In this document: one piece after another, positions 51,977 through 64,000 of the stretch | Position numbering within the stretch: the stretch's first letter is position 1 | How the letters are laid out: each line of letters starts with the position of its first letter | Origin: Paramecium tetraurelia | Lineage: Eukaryota | DNA: 64,000 nt | NCBI GenBank assembly: GCA_000165425.1 | Contig: CT868640.1 | Location: forward strand, 191,142-255,141 | Reading direction: 5' to 3' | Position numbers and translations under genes: made by a program | Notes under the pieces: generated by a model | What the model was told of the DNA's origin: nothing | Seen by the model: only the letters and a program-made list of their open reading frames with translations | Database searches by the model: none

Positions 51977-52251
51977 CAATAAAAATGATCTTATTACTCA
52001 CATTTTTAATATTAATTTACTAGGATAAACTAATTATTTCTAATTACTTCAGCTAAAAGTAATTTTATTAAATAAAGAATAAGTATTTTCTGGATAGGAT
52101 GAATAATCATCACTCTAAAATATGAAGGTCTATTTCTTGCATATCTAAAGTAGAAAATAGGTTTTGTGATTGATTCAAACTTTTTTTTTTAATTATATAT
52201 AATCATATTATATTATATCAATAACCCAATTTTCTAAATCTACATTAATAT

Positions 52252-52501
52252 TCCTGTAACTCTGTAATGTTTTTATCCTCTTCTTGGATTGAATGCCATT
52301 TTTTAATTCAAATATACTTCAAGATAGCTCTGTTTATAAATAGAGAACCTAAAATCATGGGATCATATTACCTAATTATTAAATCAACTCTGTTCTTAAG
52401 ACAACTATTCTTTATCTTCTTTATAATTGTTTTACAATATATGATGCTAATCTACCCAATAAATGACCCTTTCCATCAATCACTATTTCCTTCTCAAACA
52501 T
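52252..52501 (-). pseudogene. RPL13A: 60S ribosomal protein L13a (uL13) pseudogene, frameshifted and 3'-truncated
   Basis: [38 protein letters not shown]..intron..GSLFINRAI, frameshift, YLNQKMAFNPRRGQKHYR, then similarity is lost. Confidence 0.88.
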
Positions 52502-52784
52502 TTAATTTAAATAAATTTTCAAAAGGATACTCTCATCAAAATTTCTTTGACAATAACAAAATTGGCTAGAATGTAGATACAAATTCTATTTCTGTAATTT
52601 ATTATTATAATGCCAAATTATTCGACCAAATTCTTTTATGACTTCAGTAATATAGAATCCTAAATTATGGAATCTATGAGATTGTATCTATAATCAACAG
52701 TAGCTCAGCACTCAGCATTTCAAAATTAACCATTTTATTGCTTCTCCCTATAAGCATTTAATTATATTATAAAATAATATATAT

Positions 52785-53510
52785 ATGAGAGGTCCAAAAT
52801 ACGTAGAATAGGATATCATAAAAAAAGTATGCTATGCTGAATAGTTCCAATAACACAAATTCAAACTGTTGAATACCAAATCAGATCCACATCTCTCTAA
52901 AAAAGTAAATCGTCCCCATAATTTAGCATGTGTTATCAGATAATGATAAGTATTAGTAAATAAGGGCGAATAAATTTTATACAAAACTTTAGGTAGATCT
53001 TTAGAAAGAACAGCGACTCTATAAGGAGAATGCAAAGATTCTCAATCGCATTGTGGATATTGGAAATTAAAAAACATATTCTTCGATGCCAAAAAGATCT
53101 GTCACTCGTCAAAGTTCAGCCAACTCTATCAAATCTCTTAATTTGTCTTATAGAAAACAAGAGGCAAAAAAAATCGTAGGAGAAAATGAAAAATTAATGT
53201 AGCGGTTATAAAGAACTCCATCTTCGTTTAGAAATAAGGAAACTCTATTCAAGGACTATAAGAAGTAACTATCCCAATATATTTAAGAACTTTGGAACTC
53301 AAAAATAGAATTTCTAAATTCTCTTAATAAAATTAGTAAAAGATGGGCAAAATCATTGAAAGATTGACTAAAACAACGACAAATCCAAAATATTCAAAAA
53401 CAAATCAAAGCAGAACCAGTGCACCAACATATTAGAATTCAGCTTTGTCAAGATTAAGAATTGAGCCTGATACTAAACAATAAAAATTGTAATTTCCAAG
53501 AATCAAATGA
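52785..53510 (+). CDS. CFAP97/Hemingway-domain-like protein
   Basis: RLYKENAKILNRIVDI...KSLNLSYRKQEAKKIVGENEKLMQRLQ; two short introns. Confidence 0.7.
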
Positions 53511-53740
53511 AATATGAAATATTAATTAAATTTTATTCTATAACTAAAAAGTGTAATCAAGTGATCTTCATGCAAATGTGTAACAGAATATATTTTAAAT
53601 AAGAATTATGTCTGCAAGAGAGTAGATATGTACATCTACAGATTATACAGCATATAATTATAATATCCTCAATTTCTTTTGATATGAAGATTCTGTAAAT
53701 AATATATATATTGTTTCTAAACATCTCATATCTATTAATA

Positions 53741-55006
53741 TCACTCATATTTAAGTTTTTATTTATTCTTTTATATCTATTTGTATAATTCTAAAAATTT
53801 GGAAACATATGATATAAAATTATAAATTAAAAAGATAATAGATAACAATCCTAAAAATAGTGAGACAATCACTATTACAATGTTATCATAAAATCTCAAC
53901 CTATAATTCTACCATTGTCTCTCTGTTGTTGGTACATCTAATATGCAGGACTAAGTTTCATCAAATTTTGATTTTTGAAGTTCTTCAATCAAGATGGTTT
54001 TCGATAACACTACACTTGAATCTTGACTTGAATGAGTCTCGTATTCGATCCTTATAGGTGAATGTTGATCATTGGTTATTATCTTTAAGATTCCAAAATT
54101 AGATTTGTAATAGTGATCTTAATAAGTACTAAAGGTAGTTGGAAATAGGAATTAGAAAATAATATCTACAAAGGGAATATGATCATAATTAGCAAATGTC
54201 ATTCCACTTGAGGAGAACTCGTAGAGATTCTAACCTAATCGATGAGGACATGGATGCTTCAGAATTTCAGAAAAATGAACATCTCCAGATAAGAAAATGA
54301 TAGGCTTATTATACTTTTTGATTAAAGCATATAATTTTTGTTTGGACCATCCAAACCAGGTTTCTGGTCCATCTCTATCGTCATGCAAAACTTAGACTCC
54401 AGAAGTCATGATGATCAATTAGCTTTCAGTTTGAAATTATTGTTCTAGCCATTTCCATTGATTTTCTCCCAGGGAATCGCCTGTGAATTTATCTGAATTA
54501 TATCTTGCATCAGTCATAACAACCAGAATCTTATTATGTTAATCAGCATAAAAAGATTAGTATATGCCATCTTGTTTTCTGAGGGGAGAATCTTTGGGTT
54601 CGCCAATAAAATCCAAATACAATTATTTGGCACTTTCTTTGAGGGGATTGAATTTTCCTCCGTTATTTTCATTGCTATCGTGATCATCATAGACTCCTTT
54701 GATGATTACACTCTTCTTGAATTGAGCATAATATTTATCATCATTGGTGATATCAAATTTCTCCTTTACTCTGGTCTCATTCTACTCAGCTCTCCATATA
54801 CCTAAAATTGGCATATAATCAAGATAAGCTGCATCTCCCAGCCATAAAAAATATTTAGGATTAAATGACTAAATTCTTTTGAACACATCTGTATCATGAG
54901 TTCTGTAAAATTTGAAGCATGATCCAAATGCTATAGTCAATTGATTTTCAGCTTCCACCGTGAAGAATAAGGAAGTCAACAAAACAGTCAATAATTTGTT
55001 GAGCAT
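53741..55006 (-). CDS. PhoD-like alkaline phosphatase with signal peptide and C-terminal membrane anchor
   Basis: IAFGSC, FLWLGDAAYLD, VYDDHD, TDARY, LGENQWKWLE, LSGDVHFSE, EFSSSGMT; intronless 1266 nt. Confidence 0.9.
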
Positions 55007-55044
55007 TTATTTTATATTTTTAATATACTTATGATAAATTGATC

Positions 55045-55891
55045 TCATTTTAAGGCAGCCAAGTATTCGCTGTGCTCTTAGAATGGAGTTGATTCTAATT
55101 TTGTGTGTCCCCAAAGATCTGGTGTGAGGAAATTGTAGGTTTCTTTAAGGGCATGGAAGGTCGCCTTCAAGAAGTTTGATCTTGTTCTTGTACTTCCCTT
55201 TGATTAAGTGTAGCAATCTTAAATTCCTGCCATTTATAACACTTTCTTTGATGTGATGGCAGCAACAATACCAGTACCTCTGGGAGCTGGAACCAATCTA
55301 ACTCTGACTGATCCTTCCTTTCCTGTCACTTTGCATGGGACTGTGTGTGGTTAGGCAATCTTATTTCCCCAATATCCCTTTCTAACTGGGATCAAATTGA
55401 GTTTAGCATTGATGACTGCACCTTTGATGGCTCCTTACACTTCCTTTGCTGATTTCCATCCCAAACCAATGTGTTAGTGGGAATCTCCAACTACGACGTA
55501 TGCCTTGAATCTTGTTCTTTAACCTGCACATGTTTGCTTCTAGACTGGACCAATGGCAAGTGGTTCTTCCTTCAAGTTCTTAAGGAAGTGATCAACGATT
55601 TGATATTCTAATTTTTGTAAATAATCTAGAATTACCCTTGATGGGAATTGAGAATTGGAAGATTGTCTCAAGACTCTTGATTTTGCCTGCCTTTACTAAT
55701 CTGCCCAACTTGGTTAAGGGTACCCATTCTTATTCACCTCCGAATCTTCTTGGACCTCTATTTTATCTTGGGGCTCCTCCTTCTCTTCTTTCTCTTTGTC
55801 CTCTTCCTCCTCTTCCGAAACCTTTCTTCTCAACTGGGGCGGCTTATTCTTATTCTGCTGCTGGTGCTTATTATTGCTCTTATTCAGCCAT
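55045..55891 (-). CDS. RPS2: 40S ribosomal protein S2 (uS5)
   Basis: RGG-rich N-terminus, [57 protein letters not shown]; one intron near 55609-55636. Confidence 0.97.
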
Positions 55892-55968
55892 TAAAATAAA
55901 AATCTTAATTTAAAAATTTGTTTTCAAAGTCCTGTTAATACATAAACTCACTATCAAATATTAAATTA

Positions 55969-57824
55969 ATGATAATCCCGCTATTGCTACTTTTTCCAAT
56001 CACCAATGCCTATTTCGAGCAAAAACTTACTAGAAATGTCTACCAGTATCAACAATTCAAAATCAACGAAAAGGTGACTGCCATTGCACCTAAAAAATGT
56101 CCATCGGATCTCCTTAATTACACACACAGTGACACGTATGTCAGCCAAATTTGTTTTAACAAAAATGTTTTTTATAACGTAGAGGTTATCTTGGGCGATA
56201 ATGTTACGAGGAACAATACATTTTAATTAGCTGTATTTTGAAAAAATAATTTTAGCTAGATCTAACATCTCCATGGACTTGGTACAAATAAAAAGACTGT
56301 ATTAGTTGCAAAAAAATTAATCCTTTAGAATATGAAATTGATGATGAATGCAAACGTAATAGCAAGAATAATAATTGTTTTAATGAATAATTTAATAAAT
56401 CATTTAATGCTGCTAAATGGAATGACATTAAAGTGCATGGCTAAATATACTCCTAAAATTCATTAATTCAAGGAACCTTTCAAACAGATACTATTTAAAT
56501 GTTAGCATACAACTCATCCTCAAAAATGACAATCTCCCAATATATTGCTTATGAATGGGGAAATTCAACTCCTCCATCACTTGTGAGCATAACAGGATTA
56601 CAAATGCTTTAGGTTCAATACATTAATAATGAATTGCCTATTCTTGCAGATGGAGTCATTGGATTTGGATTTGGATATACAGAGACTGATGATGAAAAAA
56701 CAAAAAGTGATGCAGATTTCGTTGAAAAACTAGTTCAAGAAAAGACAAAACTCAACCTAACTAAATAATTGTTTGCCTTATACACTTATGAGAGTGCGGT
56801 GAACTTTTCTGAAATGGTTGTGCAAGTTGGTGGAATAGATGAAAAGTATATTCGTAAATAAAAATCCAATGGAACTTGGATCGATCGTTTAGAGAAATCA
56901 GGTTATTATTGGATGGTTGAAATTAATAAAATTGAATTAAAAGTACATTCTTGTTTTTTAAATCATAGAACTCAGAAGGAAGAGATATCATTAATACAGA
57001 ATTACCTATTAAGAAAGCCTTCTTCACTTTGAATTCCTAGTTTATAGAGTTGCCTTATGATATGATGAAAGTCTTGACTCAAAACTTATAGTAGTTCCAC
57101 TCTAATACAGCCTGTGATTTAGTAGATTCAGATGTATTTCATCAATATACCTTTAGATGTATATACTATATTGTAAGAATCTCCCCAAGTCAATCTAAGC
57201 TGATTATATCTTAACCTTCACTTTTGGCAACAACTAAATTTCCATTAACAATTCTAATCATCTATACAGAGAATGCAACTCTTCTAGTGAAGATAACAGG
57301 ATCTGGGATTGCCTTTTCAATATCAAGTTTTCACAATCTGAATATGTGATATTGGGTGAACCCTTCATGAAAAATCATTATATTGTATTTGAAAATGCTC
57401 CAGGCAATAATACAAGGAAAATCGGAGTGTTTCAAGCTGCTACTCATATGTACTATCCTGACAACCCAAATCAATATGAATGGCCATTGTTTAATGCCAT
57501 TCTATTTATCTTCATATTCGGACTTATCAGTGTATGTTCAATCACATTTTTGAAGTCTTTATGCAAAGATATATTTAGATCATTCAAATATAGAAAAGTA
57601 ACATCATTGTTAATTGATAGGCATAAAATCCTGAAGATCAGCAATCTCTGAGAATTTCCAAAGATATTGACTATGTTGACTATTCTACATAAGAAGAAGT
57701 CTAAAGTTAAATAAAAAATATTGAGATGAGTGATTAAAGAAAAATTGAAGAATGGAATAAATAATAAGATTAGTTTAAGTTTGGAGAATAGTTTACAAAC
57801 TCGTTAGAATCAAATTCATTATGA
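55969..57824 (+). CDS. Pepsin-fold (A1) type I membrane protein with degenerate catalytic motifs
   Basis: Signal peptide; LALDLTSPWTW, ADGVIGFGF, QLFALY, VGGIDEKYI, YWMVEI, KAFFTLNSQFIELP, ILGEPFMKNHYIVFE; TM helix LFNAILFIFIFGLISVCSITFL. Confidence 0.82.
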
Positions 57825-58237
57825 TATTATATAAGTCACATATTAAATCTAATTTAATGATCTAGATTAGTTAAGATATAAGAATCTTTTTATTAAAGAA
57901 AGTTTCAATTATAATGTTTGTTATTTCATTAATTCTTGATTAGAGTTTTGGAAACCTTCTTTTGTATGATTTCTTCATATTCGGACGCTGTGAAGATTCA
58001 AAAAGAAGTTTTGAATCACTCCTAAATCGCTTTCAAATATATTTCTTTTTCATAGCCTTTAATGTATAGATCTGTAGGCTATAGGAAGTTCAATACTCAA
58101 AAAAATTCTAATTCCTTTAAGATGTGTAAGAATTACTAAAATATTATGAAAAATTTGAATAATTCCTAGAATTTTAATTTATTTTATAATTTAGAATAAT
58201 AAATGATTATTCCTAATTGATTAAATATAATTCAAAT

Positions 58238-59030
58238 TCATTATTTAGCTGCTTTCTGTTATCCCTAAAATTATAGCAATTTAAGTCTACTTTAGTGCAT
58301 ATGTAAATGTAATGGGCATTGGGTGCATCCTTATCTTCGTTTGTTATTGCGATGGAGGTTGAAATTGTTGGTTTGTGAACCTATTTAACTATAACATTCC
58401 TAAAAAATCAAAATAGTCATCTTATATACCAATCGTATTCAGGCTTTTCAAAATATTAAAGTCGATGTTCCGGTAGACCATAAGAAATTGCTAAATACAC
58501 TCCTTTTGGCCCTAGTACTCTGTGAACTTCTTGAATCACTTTTTAAGCATTGGATGATGATGACTCTCCACACTTAAGTATATTTTATGTCTTACTAATA
58601 TGGCATCGAGGGTTCCTTTATCAATTGCTCCATCGAATGATCCATCCTCAAATTCCATAGCTCTGGCATCCATATGAAGATCTACATTTAAACAATCAAT
58701 ACATTTGAAATTTGGACCTTTATCCTTGTACTTCTCCTACATTGCTTTTGTAACAACATGTGAAATATCAATATTTGTAATGTTCTAATATCCTTCATCG
58801 AACATTTCCTCACTCAATCCTAAAATCACTCTAAAACAATTCTATACTTGAATTCCCTGCCCCTATATTGAGAATTTTGCTTTCGGGAGTAAAACAGCCT
58901 TAGACTAGATCCTTGATCCCTGCAAATCTTTAATACCAATCAAAAGGCTCAGGATCTCTATTTCATAGTAACCAACTTATAACCTGGTGTATCGTTCTTC
59001 CCAATATTCTGCTTTACCGTATTGTGACAT
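58238..59030 (-). CDS. EEF1AKMT4: SAM-dependent methyltransferase, EEF1AKMT4/METTL13-N-like
   Basis: YGKAEYWEERY, FDWYQRF, ILNIGAGNSRLSEEMFDEGY, ITNIDIS, FDGAIDKGTLDAILCG, EVHRVLGPKGVY; five short introns. Confidence 0.88.
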
Positions 59031-59060
59031 TTGAATCTGATTAAATTAATTATACTTAGG

Positions 59061-59600
59061 ATGTTTAAAATTTATATATAAAAATTTGATGTAAGTAAAA
59101 ATTACACTTTAAATTTTAGAACTTTCTACTTCCAGGAACAAGTATACTTGTTGAAGGAATAGAAGATGGCAGTTTTCATTTTTGCTTGCTGATTTTGGAT
59201 GAGAAATTTATATTCAGAAACAGATGTTCTAAGGATAGGCCAACACCTTGTTACAATTGAATCAGTGATGAAAATCTCATCAAATATGCAAGAAATTCAA
59301 AATGAACTGACTTATAGTAGAGTTACACCTGAATTTCAGAAGAAAAGATTATATTTAGATAGTATAAGCTAAAACATAAAAAAATATTTTAGAATAAAAG
59401 AAAATCAATATTTAAAGAGATTCTAAGAAATGAGTCATTAAAAAAACACATAATTATCTAATAATAATTTTGAAAATAATATGCTTTTAAAGACTTAAAA
59501 TAGTCAAAAAAGAATATCCTTTAGAATAGAGTAATTATCAATCAAAAACGACATCCTAAAATCAATTATTATATAAAAGGACTATACAATCAAATTATTT
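59061..59600 (+). pseudogene. Decayed gene, possibly a protein-kinase remnant
   Basis: ATG, intron 59091-59119, then ILVEGIEDGSFH; LLADFG in the shifted frame; TPCY; in-frame TGAs at 59258, 59303, 59330. Confidence 0.4.
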
Positions 59601-60477
59601 GAAATTATTCTCACCATTATTGTTAATGTTAATTATATTATAAAGCTATCTTTAGTCAAAAATTATTTTAAAATTAAAGAATAAAATCATAGAGAATCTT
59701 TAATATTTACTTTAAAAGAAAATAAGCTATACTATTCCTTTATATTAATAATTATATATATAATAATTGAATTAATTATAATGTTGTGTAATAAATTACT
59801 AATCTATAAGAAAATAAATTAAAAGTATTCAATAAATAACATTTGTAAATGTAGAATGGATTAAAGATATATAATTAATAATAAAAAAAGATAAATTAGT
59901 GATATCAAATTAAATAGAATAAAAGAATGTAATGGGTTTAAAGTAAAATCTTATAGTTGCTATTGAAAATATGGTAATGCTACCAGATGTCTGGGATTGC
60001 TACTTATACTTTTATTTGAACTATTTAAGAAAGCATTAATATTTGAGAATCAAAACATAGTATTTTGAAAACTAAGATGTGAAGTTAAATATTCCATAGA
60101 TTTAATCATGATTCCCTTTGTTTATGGGAACTGAGATATCAATTCATGCATACTCTAAGAAACAAGTATTTTCCTGTTTATGATTATCGCTCTATTTGGA
60201 TATTATGAATAATGATGTAGCCAAGAAGGGATCTGGTTTAGATTATTTGATAAGAGAATCAAAAAGGGTAATTATGTATATGTATCATATTTTTAATCAT
60301 TTACTAAAAGCTATTTTTGATGAGGTAATTTTGACAATAAAAATATAAATTTTTAATTGTGTATTCGAAATCATCAAATAATTAATATAATTAAATGAAA
60401 GTATCTTTATAATTTTATAATGAATCTAATTTAAATATGATTAATAATATGACATAATAATCAATATTATTTATTTA

Positions 60478-61559
60478 ATGAAATAGGGGGATCATTTAAG
60501 TTCCACTACAATTATTTTTTCTTCAGGATTGGCTAGCGTGATTAGCACAATCATTAGTAATCCTTTTGAAGTCTTAAAAATAAGATTGCAAGTAGACAAG
60601 ATGCATTGCCATGAGCATCAACACCACCGTAATCCCCAAAGAAGCAAACCAAAATTTAAATATATTCATGAAATAGCATTAACAGGACAACCTACAAGAT
60701 CTCAATTAAATCATTATGGGATGCTCTCGAAATCATTGAAATTATGGAAACCACATAGAATGATTAATGTTATCGGAAAATCTTAGGCCACAAACCCCTT
60801 AATTAAAATTTATTAGAATTGTACTTGCATTACTACAAACTCTCTGGTTTAGGCCTTTTAACACATCTATACACATGAAGGAGCCTCCACATTCTTCAAT
60901 GGATGGAGATATGCAGTTTTATAAGCAGGAGCATCAAATATATGCTACTTCATGTTTTATGAGAGAACAAGAAAATTCTTACAATAATTGGAATTGCCTT
61001 CAAGCCGATTGGTCGTTCCTCTATTGGCCAGTTCGTTTAGTAGAGCATTAACAACGACAAGTAAGATATTTCGAATATATTTTTAGTAACATTTCCATTG
61101 GAGTATTGGAAGGTATTATAGTCATCGACGGTGGGGTATTCAAAATTGAAGAACATTCAATTAGGGACTCAACTTCACTCAGCTTATCTCATAACCATTT
61201 AAAGAGATATTTTATTTTCATGCATCTATTGGAGTCTTCTAGAAAATTTAAAAATAGAAATAGGAAAGGTTTTAATAGATTAGCCTAATGCTGTGAATCT
61301 CCTTTCAGCAATGCTAGCCAGTAGTGTAACAGCTACAATGACTCTTCCTTTAGATGTAGTAAAGACAAGAAAACAAGTTAGTACAAGAAGTGATTTTGGA
61401 TCCAGTCGAGAGTTGGCTTCAATGGAGATTTTGTAGAACATCTATAAGGAAGAAGGTTTTAAAGGATTATTTAAGGGATATCAACCAAGAATTGCTAAAG
61501 TTACGATGCATTCTGGTTTAGTCTATATGATGTATGAGTACCTGAAGTAATGGTTTTGA
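60478..61559 (+). CDS. Mitochondrial carrier, SLC25A39/40 (Mtm1)-like
   Basis: Three carrier signatures PFEVLKIRLQ, PLEYWKV, PLDVVKTRKQ; long insert after the first signature; QRDILFSCIYW; EEGFKGLFKGYQPRIAKV. Confidence 0.88.
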
Positions 61560-62304
61560 TATTTAATTACTATTTATACATTGAGTTCGCATTATGTATG
61601 TTCTATATTTATAAATAATAAGATTTATGAATTATAAATTCACATTATAGTATTTTTCATAATGTATAAGAAAAAGCTAATCTTGTTAAAAATCTATTCT
61701 AAAAACTGAGCATGAGTTTAGGTCAGATATATTTATAATAGTATGATCCAAATTGACACATCTATATTTCAGACAGTAAAATTAAACAATTATTGAAATA
61801 ATTGAGAATCGATGATTAATACAAAAGAATTGTTGAAATATTATTTCAAAATATCTTAAACTCTAATAAAATTATGTGTTCTAAATATTGATCAGTACAA
61901 GTATCTAAAGTATAATTAAAATTATTGGAAGATCAAATTGTGAATAAAAAATATTATTTTGATATATTATTATATTGTATATTAATTCATCTATTTTTTA
62001 AATAAATAGATGGTATGTATTTCATGCTTAATAAGATTATATTGTAATTTCCATAAATATTAAATTTATAAATTAATAGAAATTCTAACTAGCTTTATTT
62101 TATGATACTCTAATTTTACATTTAGTTATTCAAACTTAAAATAAAATCTGATCCATAGTTATAAAAATGAAAGAGAAATTAAATGGCTACTGAATTTAGT
62201 AAAGATACTTCCAAATAGATATATGCAGAATCATTTAAAAATGAATTATTATATATATAAATGAATTTTTAGATATTGTTATATTAAATATTTGAATATC
62301 ATTT

Positions 62305-63834
62305 TCATACATTTTTATTTAATGCTAGCCCAACCCTGTTCTTTTCTCTATCAAATTTAGCAGAATATTTTGTAATAAATACATCCCCTAATATCCATAA
62401 AGGACCTCTATAAACGATAAAATAATCAAATACTATTTGGGAGGTAAATCTAATGGGAAGATAGTGCCTGCACATCCAACAATCTAATCCATTGAAGAGT
62501 GTTGATATGGAGATTCAACTCCAGCCTCTATATTATTGAATAAGTCACTTACAAGTAATTGTCAATATATATTCTTTGGGTTATAAAACATAGTTCTTTC
62601 CATCAATAACAAACGTTATATCTGGCATATTAGGGAAATTCTAACATTTGGGTTCCACTCTAATCATTGATAATAATGTTCTGACATCTTTTGTTGGACC
62701 TGTCAATAAGGTAGTTCCTGTATCTACAACCATTTTGCATTTGTGCTAATGAGAACAAATGCCAGTGTTTTTGTTGCCAACTCTGATTTCTTCTGCCATA
62801 ATAGACCAATAGAATTAATCATGAACATTATGATAGATCCATTACCCTTTGATCTAAGAATCATCACTTCCTCCAAAAACGAGTTATGATCCCGAATTTC
62901 CTGTTGCTCTATTTAAATGAAATGTAAAAACGTTCTAATGAAGTTTATGTTATTTCATCATATAATCAAATAAAGTTGGGACTCCTGTCATATGTGGATA
63001 CCCCAATCCAACTATGCCATCAAACTCGCCTTCATGAAATGCATCACCAATTTATTATGTTACCTCAATAAATAATGCATCTTTCAAATTTAATCCATCT
63101 ACACTAATTTACTCTCTATTAATTAATCCCTTTAAAGTACCACTTCCAAAGACAATTTCCACTTGTTTTCCAATCTCATTAAATGATTTACTTTCAGCTC
63201 TATTATATCTTTTGCTTTTCTAGCATCCAATATCTTTACACTATTCTGAAGCAATGCAAGTGAGAGCTGATCCAGTATCAAAAATTACATCAAACGTATT
63301 CTTACCTTTTGCACTTCCTACTTATAATTCACCAATAAACATAGTATTAGCAATATTTGTTAATGGTACATCAGCTACATAAGCACCACCTTATATTCTT
63401 TCAGTGGATACTAATTTCTGACCTTGATGCTCCATTTATTATTCAATCGCAAAATCAATAGGAGTTAGAGTACCTGAATTTTGAAAGACATCCATCTCTT
63501 CATGAGTTAATGGAATGACATCCATTAATGCCTCATTCACTACCATGTACTTAGGTTGTCTTTTTTTCTGTTTCCCTTCCTTCTTATTATGGTGTTTCTG
63601 ATGTTTCAATTGCTTCTTTTTAATTTACTTTTCTAAAAACACAGTTTCAAATTTCAACAATCCCTATAAATCTTATCCAATACGCTCATAGTGTTACAAT
63701 TCTAGCAATTATGCATGTGAATGTTGCAATAAATTAACTAGCTCTATCAAATGCTATTAAGTCTATTGACTTTTGAGTTCGATTGAATACTCTCGTGCAT
63801 TTCCAAAGAATACTAAAACTAGGAAAAGCAGCAT
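62305..63834 (-). CDS. Secreted aspartic protease (A1, cathepsin D/plasmepsin-like) with long prodomain
   Basis: Signal peptide; VIFDTGS and VVDTGT both intact; [33 protein letters not shown] 62305-62307. Confidence 0.95.
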
Positions 63835-64000
63835 GATTATATAAATTTTAAAAAAAACGATTAATATAATCTATTTTGTAGATAATTCTTTCCTAAGAGA
63901 ATATATAATTCTATATTTCATACTTTTATTTATAATTCTTAACTATTAATTAATTTTCCATAAAATCCATTTCAAAATTTAATAAAGTAAATTATACTAT

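Noticed and set aside
7553..59030. Apparent clustering of translation genes (MCTS1, RPL31, 5S, RPL13A remnant, RPS2, eEF1A methyltransferase)
   Set aside because: Dispersed over 50 kb among unrelated genes with no shared motif seen; likely chance
1..64000. Retained IESs or transposons
   Set aside because: Conserved genes read through without TA-bounded insertions, and no transposase, reverse transcriptase or terminal inverted repeats were recognised; consistent with macronuclear DNA

Overview
AT-rich, gene-dense eukaryotic DNA that reads in the ciliate nuclear code (TAA/TAG = Gln, TGA the only stop) and has tiny 20-30 nt GT-AG introns. This is almost certainly a Paramecium (probably aurelia-complex) macronuclear scaffold. 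The supplied ORF track uses the wrong code, so all models here were re-translated by hand with code 6, and intron boundaries are inferred, not transcript-verified. About 32 intact-looking genes are present: two Myb factors, a RING protein, PRP19, MCTS1/TMA20, RPL31, a TPR-array protein, APC6/CDC16, a cNMP-binding protein, DPP3, a Sec14 protein, a Janus/PHPT1 phosphatase, a C2 membrane protein, TRAPPC6, an ankyrin protein, an AGC kinase, a Na+/H+ exchanger, a CFAP97-like protein, PhoD, RPS2, two pepsin-family genes, an EEF1AKMT4-like methyltransferase, an SLC25A39/40-like carrier and several hypotheticals. There is also a solitary 5S rRNA gene and several decaying gene remnants, including a clear RPL13A pseudogene. 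The most striking structure is the TPR gene at 10689-13719, built as one symmetric 102-nt exon per repeat with mostly non-consensus splice sites. Also notable are divergent genes whose start codons lie only 11-13 nt apart. No transposon, CRISPR array, telomere or retained IES was found.
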